Source: an uncultured virus (IMG/VR IMGVR_UViG_2061766007_000680) | Taxonomy: Duplodnaviria; Heunggongvirae; Uroviricota; Caudoviricetes | IMG/VR virus record: IMGVR_UViG_2061766007_000680 | DNA length: 64,000 nt | Strand: one strand, 5' to 3' | Shown here: positions 10,028-20,112 of the stretch, one piece after another | Numbering within the stretch: position 1 is the stretch's first letter | Layout: each line of letters begins with the position of its first letter | Translations under genes and position numbers: made by a program | Notes under the pieces: model-generated | Seen by the model: the letters and a program-made list of their open reading frames with translations, nothing else | The model's database searches: none | What the model was told of the DNA's origin: nothing

Positions 10028-10883
10028 ATCAAAATAAACTGATAAACACATATGAACTTCNNNNNNNNNNNNNNNNNNNNNNNNNNNNNNNNNNNNNNNN
10101 NNNNNNNNNNNNNNNNNNNNNNNNNNNNNNNNNNNNNNNNNNNNNNNNNNNNNNNNNNNNNNNNNNNNNNNNNNNNNNNNNNNNNNNNNNNNNNNNNNNN
10201 NNNNNNNNNNNNNNNNNNNNNNNNNNNNNNNNNNNNNNNNNNNNNNNNNNNNNNNNNNNNNNNNTATTCAAAGTTGTTTGTCCATAAGTTGGCAGAAGCT
10301 AAAACTGAATAAAATGAACGGATTGTACAGAACAGAAACATTTCGAGAATCACATGTCGTTAAAACCGACAACCGAAAAAGATTAACGCCAAAACAGAGG
10401 CGTGTGGTCAGCAGGTCACTTTCTTCGATTGGTAAAAAAACGAAGAACTCAAAATCCGAATTGCAGAAGATTTATCAATGTATCGAAAATTTGAAAAATT
10501 TAGGATACATTGGGAGATTCTTTGCATGGTTTTTTTGAAAAAACAGTGATTCCAAAAGCAGAATCAATGGTAGACCAACAGAAACAAATTTGTACATCCG
10601 TTAAAAGTTTCACAAGAAAACAAATCATAGTTTAAGTAATAATATGAAAGTAATTCATTTCCAAGTTAGAGGTAGAGACTACTACGTCAACTCAGACAAG
10701 CTTATCGAGATCAGACGTGGGGTAACCACAGTAATCCGATGGCAAGTAACGAGCACACTTTGTGAGTGTGAAGAAGTAGATGACGGCAAAATCAAACTGC
10801 TAGACGATAGCTGGGTAGGACTAGAATAAGTTATCGATGTGCGTCAAACGCCATAATAGTATTATATTAAACGCGAAAAAATC

Positions 10884-11546
10884 ATGCTCGATAAACTAAA
10901 ACAGTTCTTCAGTGATTCCTCTGGGAAGATCAAGTCGTTTATCTGTATTGGTTTAATGATCACGGCACTCGGATGTATTTTGATTGATTTCAAATACCGA
11001 GGAAATCAAAAGGGACATTTTACCGTTTACGAAGAACAGCTTACATTGAAGTACCAAGGTGCAAAATGTGCGCTCGTTGACGAGACCCAACGATACATTG
11101 ATTCAGTCGCACCCAGCTCCTGCCTACGCGCTATAGTGGTTGTGGATAACTGCTTAAAGTACGATATAGACGTTTGTTTCGTTCTGGCACAAGGTCAAAA
11201 AGAATCCCATTTCGGTACCCAAGGCCTAGCGCGAAAGACTAATTCAGTATGGAACGTTTTTGCATTCGACGGGAAGACAATTGATCAGATTCACAAGGAT
11301 GGTAAGTATGGTTCACCAGACGAATCAGTGGAACCGTACATGAAACTTCTCTCCTCAAGATACTTGGTAAACAAAACCGAGTATGATCTGCTAGATGAAT
11401 ACGTGGATGTACACGGCAAACGGTATGCTTCAGACGAAAACTATGAGACAGCACTTACAGCTATATTCGGAAGGATCAAACAACAGACAAAAATAGACGC
11501 GTATTCACAACAACTGAAAAAATATGATATCCTGTTAAATCACTAA
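10884..11546 (+). CDS. Membrane-anchored glucosaminidase-like (GH73/lysozyme fold) peptidoglycan hydrolase
   Basis: N-terminal TM segment; LAQGQKESHFGT and YASDENY motifs. Confidence 0.7.
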   Translation: MLDKLKQFFSDSSGKIKSFICIGLMITALGCILIDFKYRGNQKGHFTVYEEQLTLKYQGAKCALVDETQRYIDSVAPSSCLRAIVVVDNCLKYDIDVCFVLAQGQKESHFGTQGLARKTNSVWNVFAFDGKTIDQIHKDGKYGSPDESVEPYMKLLSSRYLVNKTEYDLLDEYVDVHGKRYASDENYETALTAIFGRIKQQTKIDAYSQQLKKYDILLNH

Positions 11547-11606
11547 ATTGACAGGATCTATTTGATATATTTATATATAAAGCAAACATTATAATCCAAA
11601 TAACTT

Positions 11607-12098
11607 ATGCTAATTTTCATCATGTTCGAAGAACGAGACTACACCCAAGATGGCATGACACCCGAAAAGAAGGCCTACTACGCCAAGATGAATCAATCCC
11701 AAAACAAACGCATTGCAGACATGTCTGAAATGTACATCTTGGGGTTACTCAAAGNNNNNNNNNNNNNNNNNNNGGATTTGGTCTTGGCAGACGGCCGTAC
11801 GATTGACGTTAAAGTCAAGAACAAATTCATCCTTGAACTTCAGAACCGATGGGGACGTCCAGGATGGTTGTTTACAGGAGCAGATATCATTGTGCAGTGC
11901 TTCAAAGACAACTCGTATTGGGGCGACGACATCTACGTTTACGATCGCAAGGAGATGGTAAAGTATTACTACACCCACAAAGGTATCTTTGCTTCCCAGT
12001 ATTGTGAGAAGACGACAGACGGTTCCGTCCTGTGGGCACTAGGTAAGAAACGCCTTGCCACGATGCCTTTTGTCAAAAAACTCAATTTGAAGAAGTAA
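11607..12098 (+). CDS. PD-(D/E)XK-like nuclease-fold protein, homolog of 51872
   Basis: D.......IDVK, ELQN.WG..GWL. Confidence 0.6.
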   Translation: MLIFIMFEERDYTQDGMTPEKKAYYAKMNQSQNKRIADMSEMYILGLLKXXXXXXXDLVLADGRTIDVKVKNKFILELQNRWGRPGWLFTGADIIVQCFKDNSYWGDDIYVYDRKEMVKYYYTHKGIFASQYCEKTTDGSVLWALGKKRLATMPFVKKLNLKK

Positions 12099-12099
12099 T

Positions 12100-13659
12100 A
12101 TGCACGCAAAGTTTAACATTGGGGATACCGTTAGGATAGCGGATAAGTATCTGCATAAATACAACTGTATCACCACTACCGGAGAGGTGTTGGATGTCGT
12201 TCGGCCTGCACCAGGGGAACGTTTGATGTATCTCGTCCAATTCGAGGGGAAGAAATTCAAGACTTGGCATAAAAGTTACGAGCTCAAGCTGGATGTTCCA
12301 CCCATGATGTTAAAATCCCCTCAAATGAAAGAGTCTCAAAAAATATCATCTCAACGACTACTTGAAGAAATTGAGAAAGCAATCGATACAAAAAATCAAA
12401 AAGACATGAAAAAGAAATTTCAAATAGGCGACCGGGTTCGCATTAAATCCGGCTGGGAAAAAGACAGCTTTGGCACCATCGTGAAAGAGACCAAATCTCG
12501 TTCAGGACGTATCGTCTATAACGTCTTCATCCAAAAAGAACATTACAAGGCCAATCGCGACTATTACAGTTACGATCTTGAACTTGTCAGCAAACCAGAG
12601 ACCACTCAGGTGGAGGAAAAGAAGGAACCTACCAAAGCAAAACCGATGAAAGAACAACCACACTTCAGAATGGGGGATCGTGTTCGTCTTTCGGAAAAGA
12701 CTAAGCGTTGGCTTGCCACCCACGATGCAGACCACGCCTTTATCAAGAACGCAAACGACCTGTTCACAATTGGTGTTCNNNNNNNNNNNNNNNNNNNNNN
12801 NNNNNNNNNNNNNNNNNNNNNNNNNNNNNNNNNNNNNNNNNNNNNNNNNNNNNNNNNCAAGTTCTATGAAGAGGATCTGCTTACGGAAACGTATCAACAG
12901 CTGGGTCAAAAAGAATCTCGACAAATACCAAAGTATCAAGTCGGAGACAAAGTACGATTTACACGTGACGTTATCGCCAAACTCGCTATTGAAAAATCTC
13001 TCTATTTCGGTGCAGCTACTATAAGACGACATCCGGATTCGATCACAGGCGTCCATTCAGTCGTCAGCATCGCGTATAAGAATGATCGAGTGCTTTATCA
13101 AATTGACGGGGAGCCGTTTGGTAAGATGTTCTTTGAAGACGAACTAGAACCTATTACTATTCAAGGCAAGCCCATAGAGGAAAAGAAGGAGCATGACCTC
13201 GAGAACAAAGAATACCTGGACTGTCGCACCCCTGGTGAGTACAGACGTAGACTCGCAGGTAACTGGAAAGAGATTTGCAACAGATATCTTCAAGAGTTCT
13301 GCCACAAACACGGTTACAAATACGAACCGGATATGTGGGTTGGGTCGGATCCCGGAACGATCATCGAAGTTTGCGACATGTTTGTCAGCATGGATAATAT
13401 CCGCTACGATGTCGACAACAATATCCAGGTTGGCAATTTCGAGAAGTGGTACTGGAAAAACCTTGAACTTTGTGAGCTCGGTGTGGAACATTGGATGAAC
13501 TATCCCAGCTATTGCAAAGGAGCACCAGATGAGTGGACGGTGGGGAGAATGAAAAACCTCCGAGAGGCACACAAACGTATTCATGAAGCTGAAGAGGATC
13601 TCAAACGCACCATTGAGGAGGTCAAATCTAAATCGGTATCCGGTCGATCCCTCGCATAA
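12100..13659 (+). CDS. Multi-module protein with four F/Y-x-[IVM]-GD-x-VR (KOW/SH3-like) repeats
   Basis: FNIGDTVR, FQIGDRVR, FRMGDRVR, YQVGDKVR. Confidence 0.75.
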   Translation: MHAKFNIGDTVRIADKYLHKYNCITTTGEVLDVVRPAPGERLMYLVQFEGKKFKTWHKSYELKLDVPPMMLKSPQMKESQKISSQRLLEEIEKAIDTKNQKDMKKKFQIGDRVRIKSGWEKDSFGTIVKETKSRSGRIVYNVFIQKEHYKANRDYYSYDLELVSKPETTQVEEKKEPTKAKPMKEQPHFRMGDRVRLSEKTKRWLATHDADHAFIKNANDLFTIGVXXXXXXXXXXXXXXXXXXXXXXXXXXXKFYEEDLLTETYQQLGQKESRQIPKYQVGDKVRFTRDVIAKLAIEKSLYFGAATIRRHPDSITGVHSVVSIAYKNDRVLYQIDGEPFGKMFFEDELEPITIQGKPIEEKKEHDLENKEYLDCRTPGEYRRRLAGNWKEICNRYLQEFCHKHGYKYEPDMWVGSDPGTIIEVCDMFVSMDNIRYDVDNNIQVGNFEKWYWKNLELCELGVEHWMNYPSYCKGAPDEWTVGRMKNLREAHKRIHEAEEDLKRTIEEVKSKSVSGRSLA

Positions 13660-13955
13660 GTTTAATATTCAAAAACCAAAACAGATATGAACGATAGAAA
13701 TAGCAGACGAGTTTATGGGTTTGGACTTCTTACAGTCAATATCCCAGAAGAAAAGTATCTCTTTAACGTAATAGCAAACGGAAAAGAGTACAAAGTAATC
13801 GCAGAGAATCTCACTCAAGTCGTTAACAAGTATCCCGACGCAGATCGGATTGAGAACGCTGGTGAGGTAGAGGTTCTTTGATTTTCCTAAAAAATCTGAA
13901 GAGGATTCACTTAATAGTGAGTCCTCTTTTGATATATTTATATATACAAATCAAT

Positions 13956-14693
13956 ATGAATATGGGACAAGATAATATATCAAAAGACGTCAAGTTGGAC
14001 AACAACAAATCTTTCATGTACGGGTCCGGAGATCACATCTGGTTCACATCAGACACTCACTTCAGCCACGACAACATCATTCGTTTTTGCAATCGTCCAT
14101 TCAAGGACGTCAATCACATGAATGAAGTGCTTATCGAGAACTGGAACTCACTCGTTCAACCGGAGGACACTGTATTCCACTTAGGCGACTTTGCGTGGGG
14201 TGGATCCGATGTGTGGAACAAGATCTTACAACGACTCAACGGACACATCCACTTGATAGTAGGTAACCACGACGAGAAGAATCTTCGCCAAGGATATATG
14301 AAGTACTTCGATTCTATCTCTTATCAGAAGCACATCTATATCGAAAGGAAGAGCATCTATCTCAACCACTATCCGTTCCTGGCGTTCGGTGGCGCTTATA
14401 GAGGAGAGGGTGCGACGTGGCAACTCTTTGGTGGAGTTAATCCATCTTTCGAAGCATTAGATGAGATCCTCAAAAATGTTCCAGAGCAGAAAGTCGATGC
14501 TGTTTGGGAGTTATTCGGTCACGTACACTCCAAACCAGGAAGCACAGGACTCGATGTAAGTCGTATGCAATATCTCTTCACTACACAGTATGATGTGGGA
14601 GTAGATAACAACGACTACAAACCTGTAAGCTTTGCTCAAGTAAAGAAGATCATTGAAGAACAACAACTATCAAATGGGTTATCTCGGAAATGA
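13956..14693 (+). CDS. Calcineurin-like metallophosphoesterase
   Basis: SDTHF, HLGD, GNHD, HYP, GHVH, DVGVD motifs. Confidence 0.9.
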   Translation: MNMGQDNISKDVKLDNNKSFMYGSGDHIWFTSDTHFSHDNIIRFCNRPFKDVNHMNEVLIENWNSLVQPEDTVFHLGDFAWGGSDVWNKILQRLNGHIHLIVGNHDEKNLRQGYMKYFDSISYQKHIYIERKSIYLNHYPFLAFGGAYRGEGATWQLFGGVNPSFEALDEILKNVPEQKVDAVWELFGHVHSKPGSTGLDVSRMQYLFTTQYDVGVDNNDYKPVSFAQVKKIIEEQQLSNGLSRK

Positions 14694-14866
14694 ATAAGCC
14701 GATATCATATGAAGATATAAAGTTCTCTACACTACGATCTGTGTTGGCAACACTCTTTATTTCCCCGGAAGAGTTTATGGAGTTTGTCAATAAAAAGAGT
14801 GTGGAAAACTTTACGGATATTTTAGAAGAAGAGAAACAGTTGTCCAACGGATTAAGTAGAAAATGA
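14690..14866 (+). CDS. 58-aa ORF ending in the same QLSNGLSRK tail as the phosphoesterase
   Basis: ATGA overlap; MNKPISYEDIK...ILEEEKQLSNGLSRK. Confidence 0.7.
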   Translation: MNKPISYEDIKFSTLRSVLATLFISPEEFMEFVNKKSVENFTDILEEEKQLSNGLSRK

Positions 14867-15904
14867 ACAGATATTGTAGTAATCATAAAGTTAGATGTAA
14901 GTTTAGACTCAATGACGGTTTTTGTTCAAAACTTACAGATAATGATACTTGTGAAATTGTAAATAATTTAATCATAAAGAAATATGGAAGACAGATTTAT
15001 CAAAGTAGAGGACATGTATCAGAATCCTGTAGTCTTTAGGGAGTCCTCGATCAAGAGTCTAGATCAATCCAAAGAATTTTCAACCATCACTTTTATGGAC
15101 GGCCACAAACTACAGGCGAAAACCACTGTTAATGCAATCTGGAATCAACTTTCTCAAAATCAGAAATAACTATGGGTACAAACTTTTATGCATGTCGTGT
15201 TCGCACGAACGTTGAACATGAGGCTATTCAAAAAGCATGTGTTGAACACCAATATGAAAAAGTCAAGGAGCTGATTGACAACAGTGAGAAACGTTATCAT
15301 ATCGGCAAACGGTCTGGCGGTTGGCAATTCATTTTCGAATCCACTAAATCCGGAGCTCCTTGGGAGGACAACACGNNNNNNNNNNNNNNNNNNNNNNNNN
15401 NNNNNNNNNNNNNNNNNGGATCGAAAATGAATACAGTGAACAATTTTCACCAGAAGAGTTCTGGAAAAATGAGGTAGGACCTTCGTTGTATCACGATCCA
15501 GAAAACTATATCAACGGAGANNNNNNNNNNNNNNNNNNNNNNNNNNNNNNNNNNNNNNNNNNNNNNNNNNNNNNNNNNNNNNNNNNNNNNNNNNNNNNNN
15601 NNNNNNNNNNNNNNNNNNNNNNNNNNNNNNNNNNNNNNNNNNNNNNNNNNNNNNNNNNNNNNNNNNNNNNNNNNNNNNNNNNNNNNNNNNNNNNNNNNNN
15701 NNNNNNNNNNNNNNNNNNNNNNNNNNNNNNNNNNNNNNNNNNNNNNNNNNNNNNNNNNNNNNNNNNNNNNNNNNNNNNNNNNNNNNNNNNNNNNNNNNNN
15801 NNNNNNNNNNNNNNNNNNNNNNNNNNNNNNNNNNNNNNNNNNNNNNNNNNNNNNNNNNNNNNNNNNNNNNNNNNNNNNNNNNNNNNNNNNNNNNNNNNNN
15901 NNNN

Positions 15905-16046
15905 ACAGGAACTTCCATGGGATGCGGGGTTGGAAGACGTGTTCGAAGCGTTTCTCACAGCTTGCGTTGGAACGGGCTTTGGTGACAAGAAAGACGTGCT
16001 CGAGTTTGTTCGAGATTACGCTGAAGAGTATTTACCAAAACCTGAA
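15905..16046 (+). CDS. Gap-flanked fragment homologous to 40182..40409
   Basis: QELPWDAGLED...AF.TA.VG.GF versus QDLHWDTSLED...AFYTAMIGVGF. Confidence 0.7.
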
Positions 16047-16056
16047 NNNNNNNNNN

Positions 16057-16195
16057 GTAATTACATTTAATAACCGTTATCCAGTGAGGATATTAGCATT
16101 TGACCTTAAAAACAAGAAGCATTCTATAGTTGCTGCACTCACGTTGAACGCTGGTGAAGAGATTGTTGAGGAATATAACGAACTCGGCAAATGTT
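16057..16195 (+). repeat. 139-bp gap-flanked near-copy of 16985-17123 (family A fragment)
   Basis: 4 substitutions by direct comparison. Confidence 0.9.
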
Positions 16196-16286
16196 NNNNN
16201 NNNNNTTACCGAATCTCAAAAAGAGTATTTCGCTCAACAAAACGCAACATTGAAAACGGTTCACTTACAAACTGGATAACAAAACG

Positions 16287-16502
16287 ATGATATATCTTAA
16301 AAGAATTTTATTTGCCTTAGCGTGGTTACTCTATAGAAGCCTTTGGACGCTTCTAGCACTCCCAGCATTCATCGTCATAATTATAGTAGTTCTACCTATA
16401 TACTATATTAAAAATGGAACAGTATATGACTTTGAAGATAAAGTAAATAATTATGATCAACCTATATGGGACTGGATTGATAAATTTGATCCTGATGAAT
16501 AA
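16287..16502 (+). CDS. Small membrane protein, paralog of 59671..59886
   Basis: MIYLKRILF...PIWDWI.KFDPDE. Confidence 0.85.
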   Translation: MIYLKRILFALAWLLYRSLWTLLALPAFIVIIIVVLPIYYIKNGTVYDFEDKVNNYDQPIWDWIDKFDPDE

Positions 16503-16912
16503 TTGCATCAAGCAAATAACGGTATGTGGTTTAAATAAACGGAGAGCGAGATTATGACATTTAGTAAAATTACAGTTGAGCCAAGTGCTGGAACATATAT
16601 TGGTGATTTTATGTCGGAATTGCATAGGCTAAGCGATAAATACAAATGCGAAGTGTATGCGAAATTCAATGGTACTGAAATTTTAGTTAAGCCAGAATCC
16701 AAAGGAGAATAAGAACTATGGCATTAATTGCAGATAAAGAATTGAGAATAGAATATACTTGTATCTTTACAAACCACATAAAAATCCTAAGGGATGGTGG
16801 TATTTAGAAAGTGACAAAGATAAGGTAATTGATAGTGAGTTATTTCCACAAGTCAAATGGGAAGATGAGGAACCAACTGAAGTTGAATTAATAATTAAAA
16901 TTAAAGAGTGAT

Positions 16913-17794
16913 ATGAAAACAAGGATTATTCCGTTCGATATTGAAATGGCAAAAAAGATTCAATCAGGAGAGGTTGAAGGTAGGGTAATTACATTTAATA
17001 ACCGTTATCCTGTGAGGATATTAGCATTCGACCTTAAAAACAAGAAACATTCTATAGTTGCTGCACTCACGTGGAACGCTGGTGAAGAGATTGTTGAGGA
17101 ATATAACGAACTCGGCAAATGTTCTGATTATTTGGAAGGTTCTGAAAACATAAATTTGTATATCGAACTCCCAGAAGAAATAGCAGAAAAAGAAGAATTT
17201 CATGGAATAGATGGCGCTGATTTTGTAAGTTATGAAAGACGGAAATCAAAAGAACAAAAGTTAAAGAATAAGTTCAAAATAGGGGATAAAGTGCAAGTCA
17301 ACGGGAGTGAGATGGTATTTGAAATATATAAAATAGAAGGCAAAGATGTTCTTTTGAAAGATCCAAAAGAAATAATGCTTGGGAGTTATCGCTATACTCT
17401 AAATGATTTAAGATTACCTATTGAAAAGTATGAATTCAAAGCAGGTGATAAGGTAAAATTTGCTGGTAATGAAAAAGTATTAGAGATAGTTAATATAGAA
17501 GGAGAATGTGCTAAATTAGTAGATGCAGATCTCAAAACAACTTATGTTGGAAGACTTGATACTTTATATCCTGTAATACCAAATCATGAGTTTAAACCAT
17601 TTGATAAGGTGTTAGTGATAAAACGACCTTTAAAAGACGAGGTAGTCTACGAACCATCTATGTTTTGCAAATATGTTTGGTTAGACGGAAGATTATTTGT
17701 CAAAACGATAAATCACGAATTCATACGTTTGTCCGATATTCTTCCATACGAAGGCAACGAACATCTTGTAGGTACAACTGATAATCATGAATAG
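16913..17794 (+). CDS. Family A protein with internal FKxGDKV modules
   Basis: Family motifs. Confidence 0.9.
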   Translation: MKTRIIPFDIEMAKKIQSGEVEGRVITFNNRYPVRILAFDLKNKKHSIVAALTWNAGEEIVEEYNELGKCSDYLEGSENINLYIELPEEIAEKEEFHGIDGADFVSYERRKSKEQKLKNKFKIGDKVQVNGSEMVFEIYKIEGKDVLLKDPKEIMLGSYRYTLNDLRLPIEKYEFKAGDKVKFAGNEKVLEIVNIEGECAKLVDADLKTTYVGRLDTLYPVIPNHEFKPFDKVLVIKRPLKDEVVYEPSMFCKYVWLDGRLFVKTINHEFIRLSDILPYEGNEHLVGTTDNHE

Positions 17795-17924
17795 TTATGA
17801 AACCAAATTTTCTGCAAGAATGTTACGATAGATTCGTAACACCAGAGACAGCGCGGAAAGCAGGGCGCATGGCAAATGAGGAGTGCGGATTAATAATTCT
17901 TAACGAACAAGGAGAATATGAATT

Positions 17925-18125
17925 ATGGAAGAAAAAATTACTGCTTGGGTAGCAAGGGATGAAGAAGGTGGGTTGTATCTATATAAATGTCAGCCTAATA
18001 AAGCAGAAGGTTTTTGGACAGATTTCGGAGTTAGTATGCCAATAGATATATTTCTTTTTCCGCAAGTCAAATGGGAAGATGAAGAACCTACAAAAGTAGA
18101 ATTAACAATTAAAATTTATGAGTAA
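17925..18125 (+). CDS. Small phage protein (AWVARD...LFPQVKWEDEEPT); degenerate copy at about 16718-16911
   Basis: Shared C-terminal DNA and protein sequence. Confidence 0.75.
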   Translation: MEEKITAWVARDEEGGLYLYKCQPNKAEGFWTDFGVSMPIDIFLFPQVKWEDEEPTKVELTIKIYE

Positions 18126-18398
18126 TATGAAAAGAAATACACCAAAATATGATCCAGAAGATATTCTAAGGGCGATTAAAGCAGAAGGCTTATGCGCATA
18201 TTGTTATGGATTTAAAACACCAACTTGTATTTGGGTAGTAACAGACGGAATGGAAAAAGATGAAATTTGGGATAAATTTCCTTCACCATTAAAAGGTTAT
18301 GAGCAAGCATTCTGGGATAATAATAAGTTAATGGAAGTTACTTACTTTTTATTAGACAGAAGTTGTGGCGATTAACAGTTAACAATTAAAATTTGTGA

Positions 18399-18869
18399 GT
18401 GATTATGAAAACAAAAATTATTCCGTTTGACTTGGAAACGGCAAAGAAAATCCAAGCAGGAGAGATTGATGGAAAAATAAAGACAAGATGCGGATATACT
18501 GCAAGAATCCTGTGTACTGATCTAGTGCAAGCGCAACCTATTCTGGCAGCGTTTGCCACACACGAATTGGAGTCTGTATCGCAATACACGAAAAGAGGTT
18601 GCTTTTATATTAATGGAAAATCGCACGAATACGACCTCATTCTTGAAGTACCAGACAACGAGCCGCAGTTTAAGCCGTTTGATAAGGTGCTGGTGAGATA
18701 TCCAGATAAGACAGAATTGTGGGTATCTAAAGACATATGGTTACCAGGCATTTTTCAATATAAAAGTGTTAATTCCAATTTATATTTCGTTAGCGGAAAA
18801 GCTTATCGGTATTGCATTCCATACGAAGGTAATGAACACTTAGTAGGTACAACTAATAATCCCGAATAG
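18399..18869 (+). CDS. Minimal family A protein with no internal modules
   Basis: Family motifs. Confidence 0.9.
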   Translation: MIMKTKIIPFDLETAKKIQAGEIDGKIKTRCGYTARILCTDLVQAQPILAAFATHELESVSQYTKRGCFYINGKSHEYDLILEVPDNEPQFKPFDKVLVRYPDKTELWVSKDIWLPGIFQYKSVNSNLYFVSGKAYRYCIPYEGNEHLVGTTNNPE

Positions 18870-18871
18870 TT

Positions 18872-19216
18872 ATGAAACAGTTACAAAGCAATTTTACAAC
18901 TCCAGAGCAGTCGAATCGGCTGTTGGAATTAGGGTTGTCTGCGTGGACTGCTGATATTATGTTTGATAAAAATCGCAGAAGGTACGAGTTAATTGAAACC
19001 GAAGATGAGAGTTTAGCAGAAACACAAAGAACTCTGTTTTATAATGGTGGTGCAATACCTCATTGGTCGGTTGGTCGGCTGATTGAATTGATGCTTATCT
19101 GTTGCAGTGATGATATGGTATTTTGGAGAGGAAATCCTGTTATGGATTCGCTTTATCACGATGTCACTTGCCAATTACAAAACAACCTGTGGGACTTTTC
19201 AAAATTGGAGGACTAA
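18872..19216 (+). CDS. Family B protein
   Basis: NFTTPEQS.RLLELG, WSVGRLI, DFSKLED. Confidence 0.9.
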   Translation: MKQLQSNFTTPEQSNRLLELGLSAWTADIMFDKNRRRYELIETEDESLAETQRTLFYNGGAIPHWSVGRLIELMLICCSDDMVFWRGNPVMDSLYHDVTCQLQNNLWDFSKLED

Positions 19217-19346
19217 GATATGAAATTCACATTGTTACAAACCTATGATATTAACTCGATGACCATTAACACAAACACACCTACACGAAGATATATATCC
19301 ATTTTTCAGTGAAATGTTTATTTTTAAAGTTATTGGAACATTATAA

Positions 19347-19401
19347 TAGTCAGTTACTCGCCACTAAAGTATTGGGCTTCCACACAGTTTTGATCATGAA
19401 A
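19347..19401. repeat. 55-bp palindromic element, copy 2
   Basis: Near-identical to 1143-1197; its terminal ATG starts the next gene. Confidence 0.7.
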
Positions 19402-19836
19402 GAATTAATATTATTGACAATAGCAGCAATCTTATTTTGCTTATTCATATATGTTGTTGTTAGTGAAATAGATAGACGTAACAATAAAAAAGCAAATGAC
19501 AAAGAAATGTTTGAACTATTGGAACAGTGGCCTGAGATAAAAAGTATGAAATATCTTAACATCACTGAGTTCAGCAAGAATGTATTACTACTTAAAGAGA
19601 AATTCCTACCAAATACAGGCGGAATAATATGGAAAGAAAACCATTTAAAAGGTAAGTATTTCGAAATGGAGTTTTGGGGCGAAACAAGATTTTATCCCAG
19701 CACTAATACATTTGGGAAATATTATATACCTTCTTATTATATACAAGATGATAAACAAATGCAAATATATTACATTGATATTTTAACAAGATTAGGCGAT
19801 TATATGTATGCTGTATTCGTAACAAACAAAAATTGA
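19396..19836 (+). CDS. Membrane-anchored hypothetical protein
   Basis: N-terminal hydrophobic helix. Confidence 0.75.
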   Translation: MKELILLTIAAILFCLFIYVVVSEIDRRNNKKANDKEMFELLEQWPEIKSMKYLNITEFSKNVLLLKEKFLPNTGGIIWKENHLKGKYFEMEFWGETRFYPSTNTFGKYYIPSYYIQDDKQMQIYYIDILTRLGDYMYAVFVTNKN

Positions 19837-19942
19837 TCAAAAAAAAAATAAAAAAAAATTACTTTTTATTGATATTTTTTAAATTATTTGTATATTTATA
19901 ATTGAAAAAGAAAACAAAACTATTAAATTAACAGAGAATAAC

Positions 19943-20029
19943 ATGATGAACAAGTGTTTCAAATATTACGGATTGAAAGGCGGCTATTGGTTTAGACGTG
20001 CAACTTGTTCTATGTGTTCTGTTAACTAA
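19943..20029 (+). CDS. Putative attenuator leader peptide MMNKCFKYYGLKGGYWFRRATCSMCSVN
   Basis: 28-codon ORF after a TTTGTATATTTA motif; its codons match the downstream tRNA set. Confidence 0.75.
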   Translation: MMNKCFKYYGLKGGYWFRRATCSMCSVN

Positions 20030-20054
20030 GCAGTAGGTTAGTAAATATATACAA

Positions 20055-20109
20055 ATACCCTGGGTAGATGGAAACATAGAAACAAAATCTTCTCAGGGTA
20101 TCTTTTTAA
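20055..20109 (+). terminator. Terminator hairpin (20055-20069/20087-20101, then CTTTTT) with an alternative antiterminator (20005-20023/20067-20085)
   Basis: ataccctgggtagat / atcttctcagggtat; ttctatgt / acatagaa perfect core. Confidence 0.75.
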
Positions 20110-20112
20110 TAC

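Noticed and set aside
16057..17123. Diversity-generating retroelement template/variable repeat pair
   Set aside because: The four differences (A/T, T/C, G/A, T/G) are not adenine-specific in either copy, there is no reverse transcriptase in the window, and the copy is gap-flanked.
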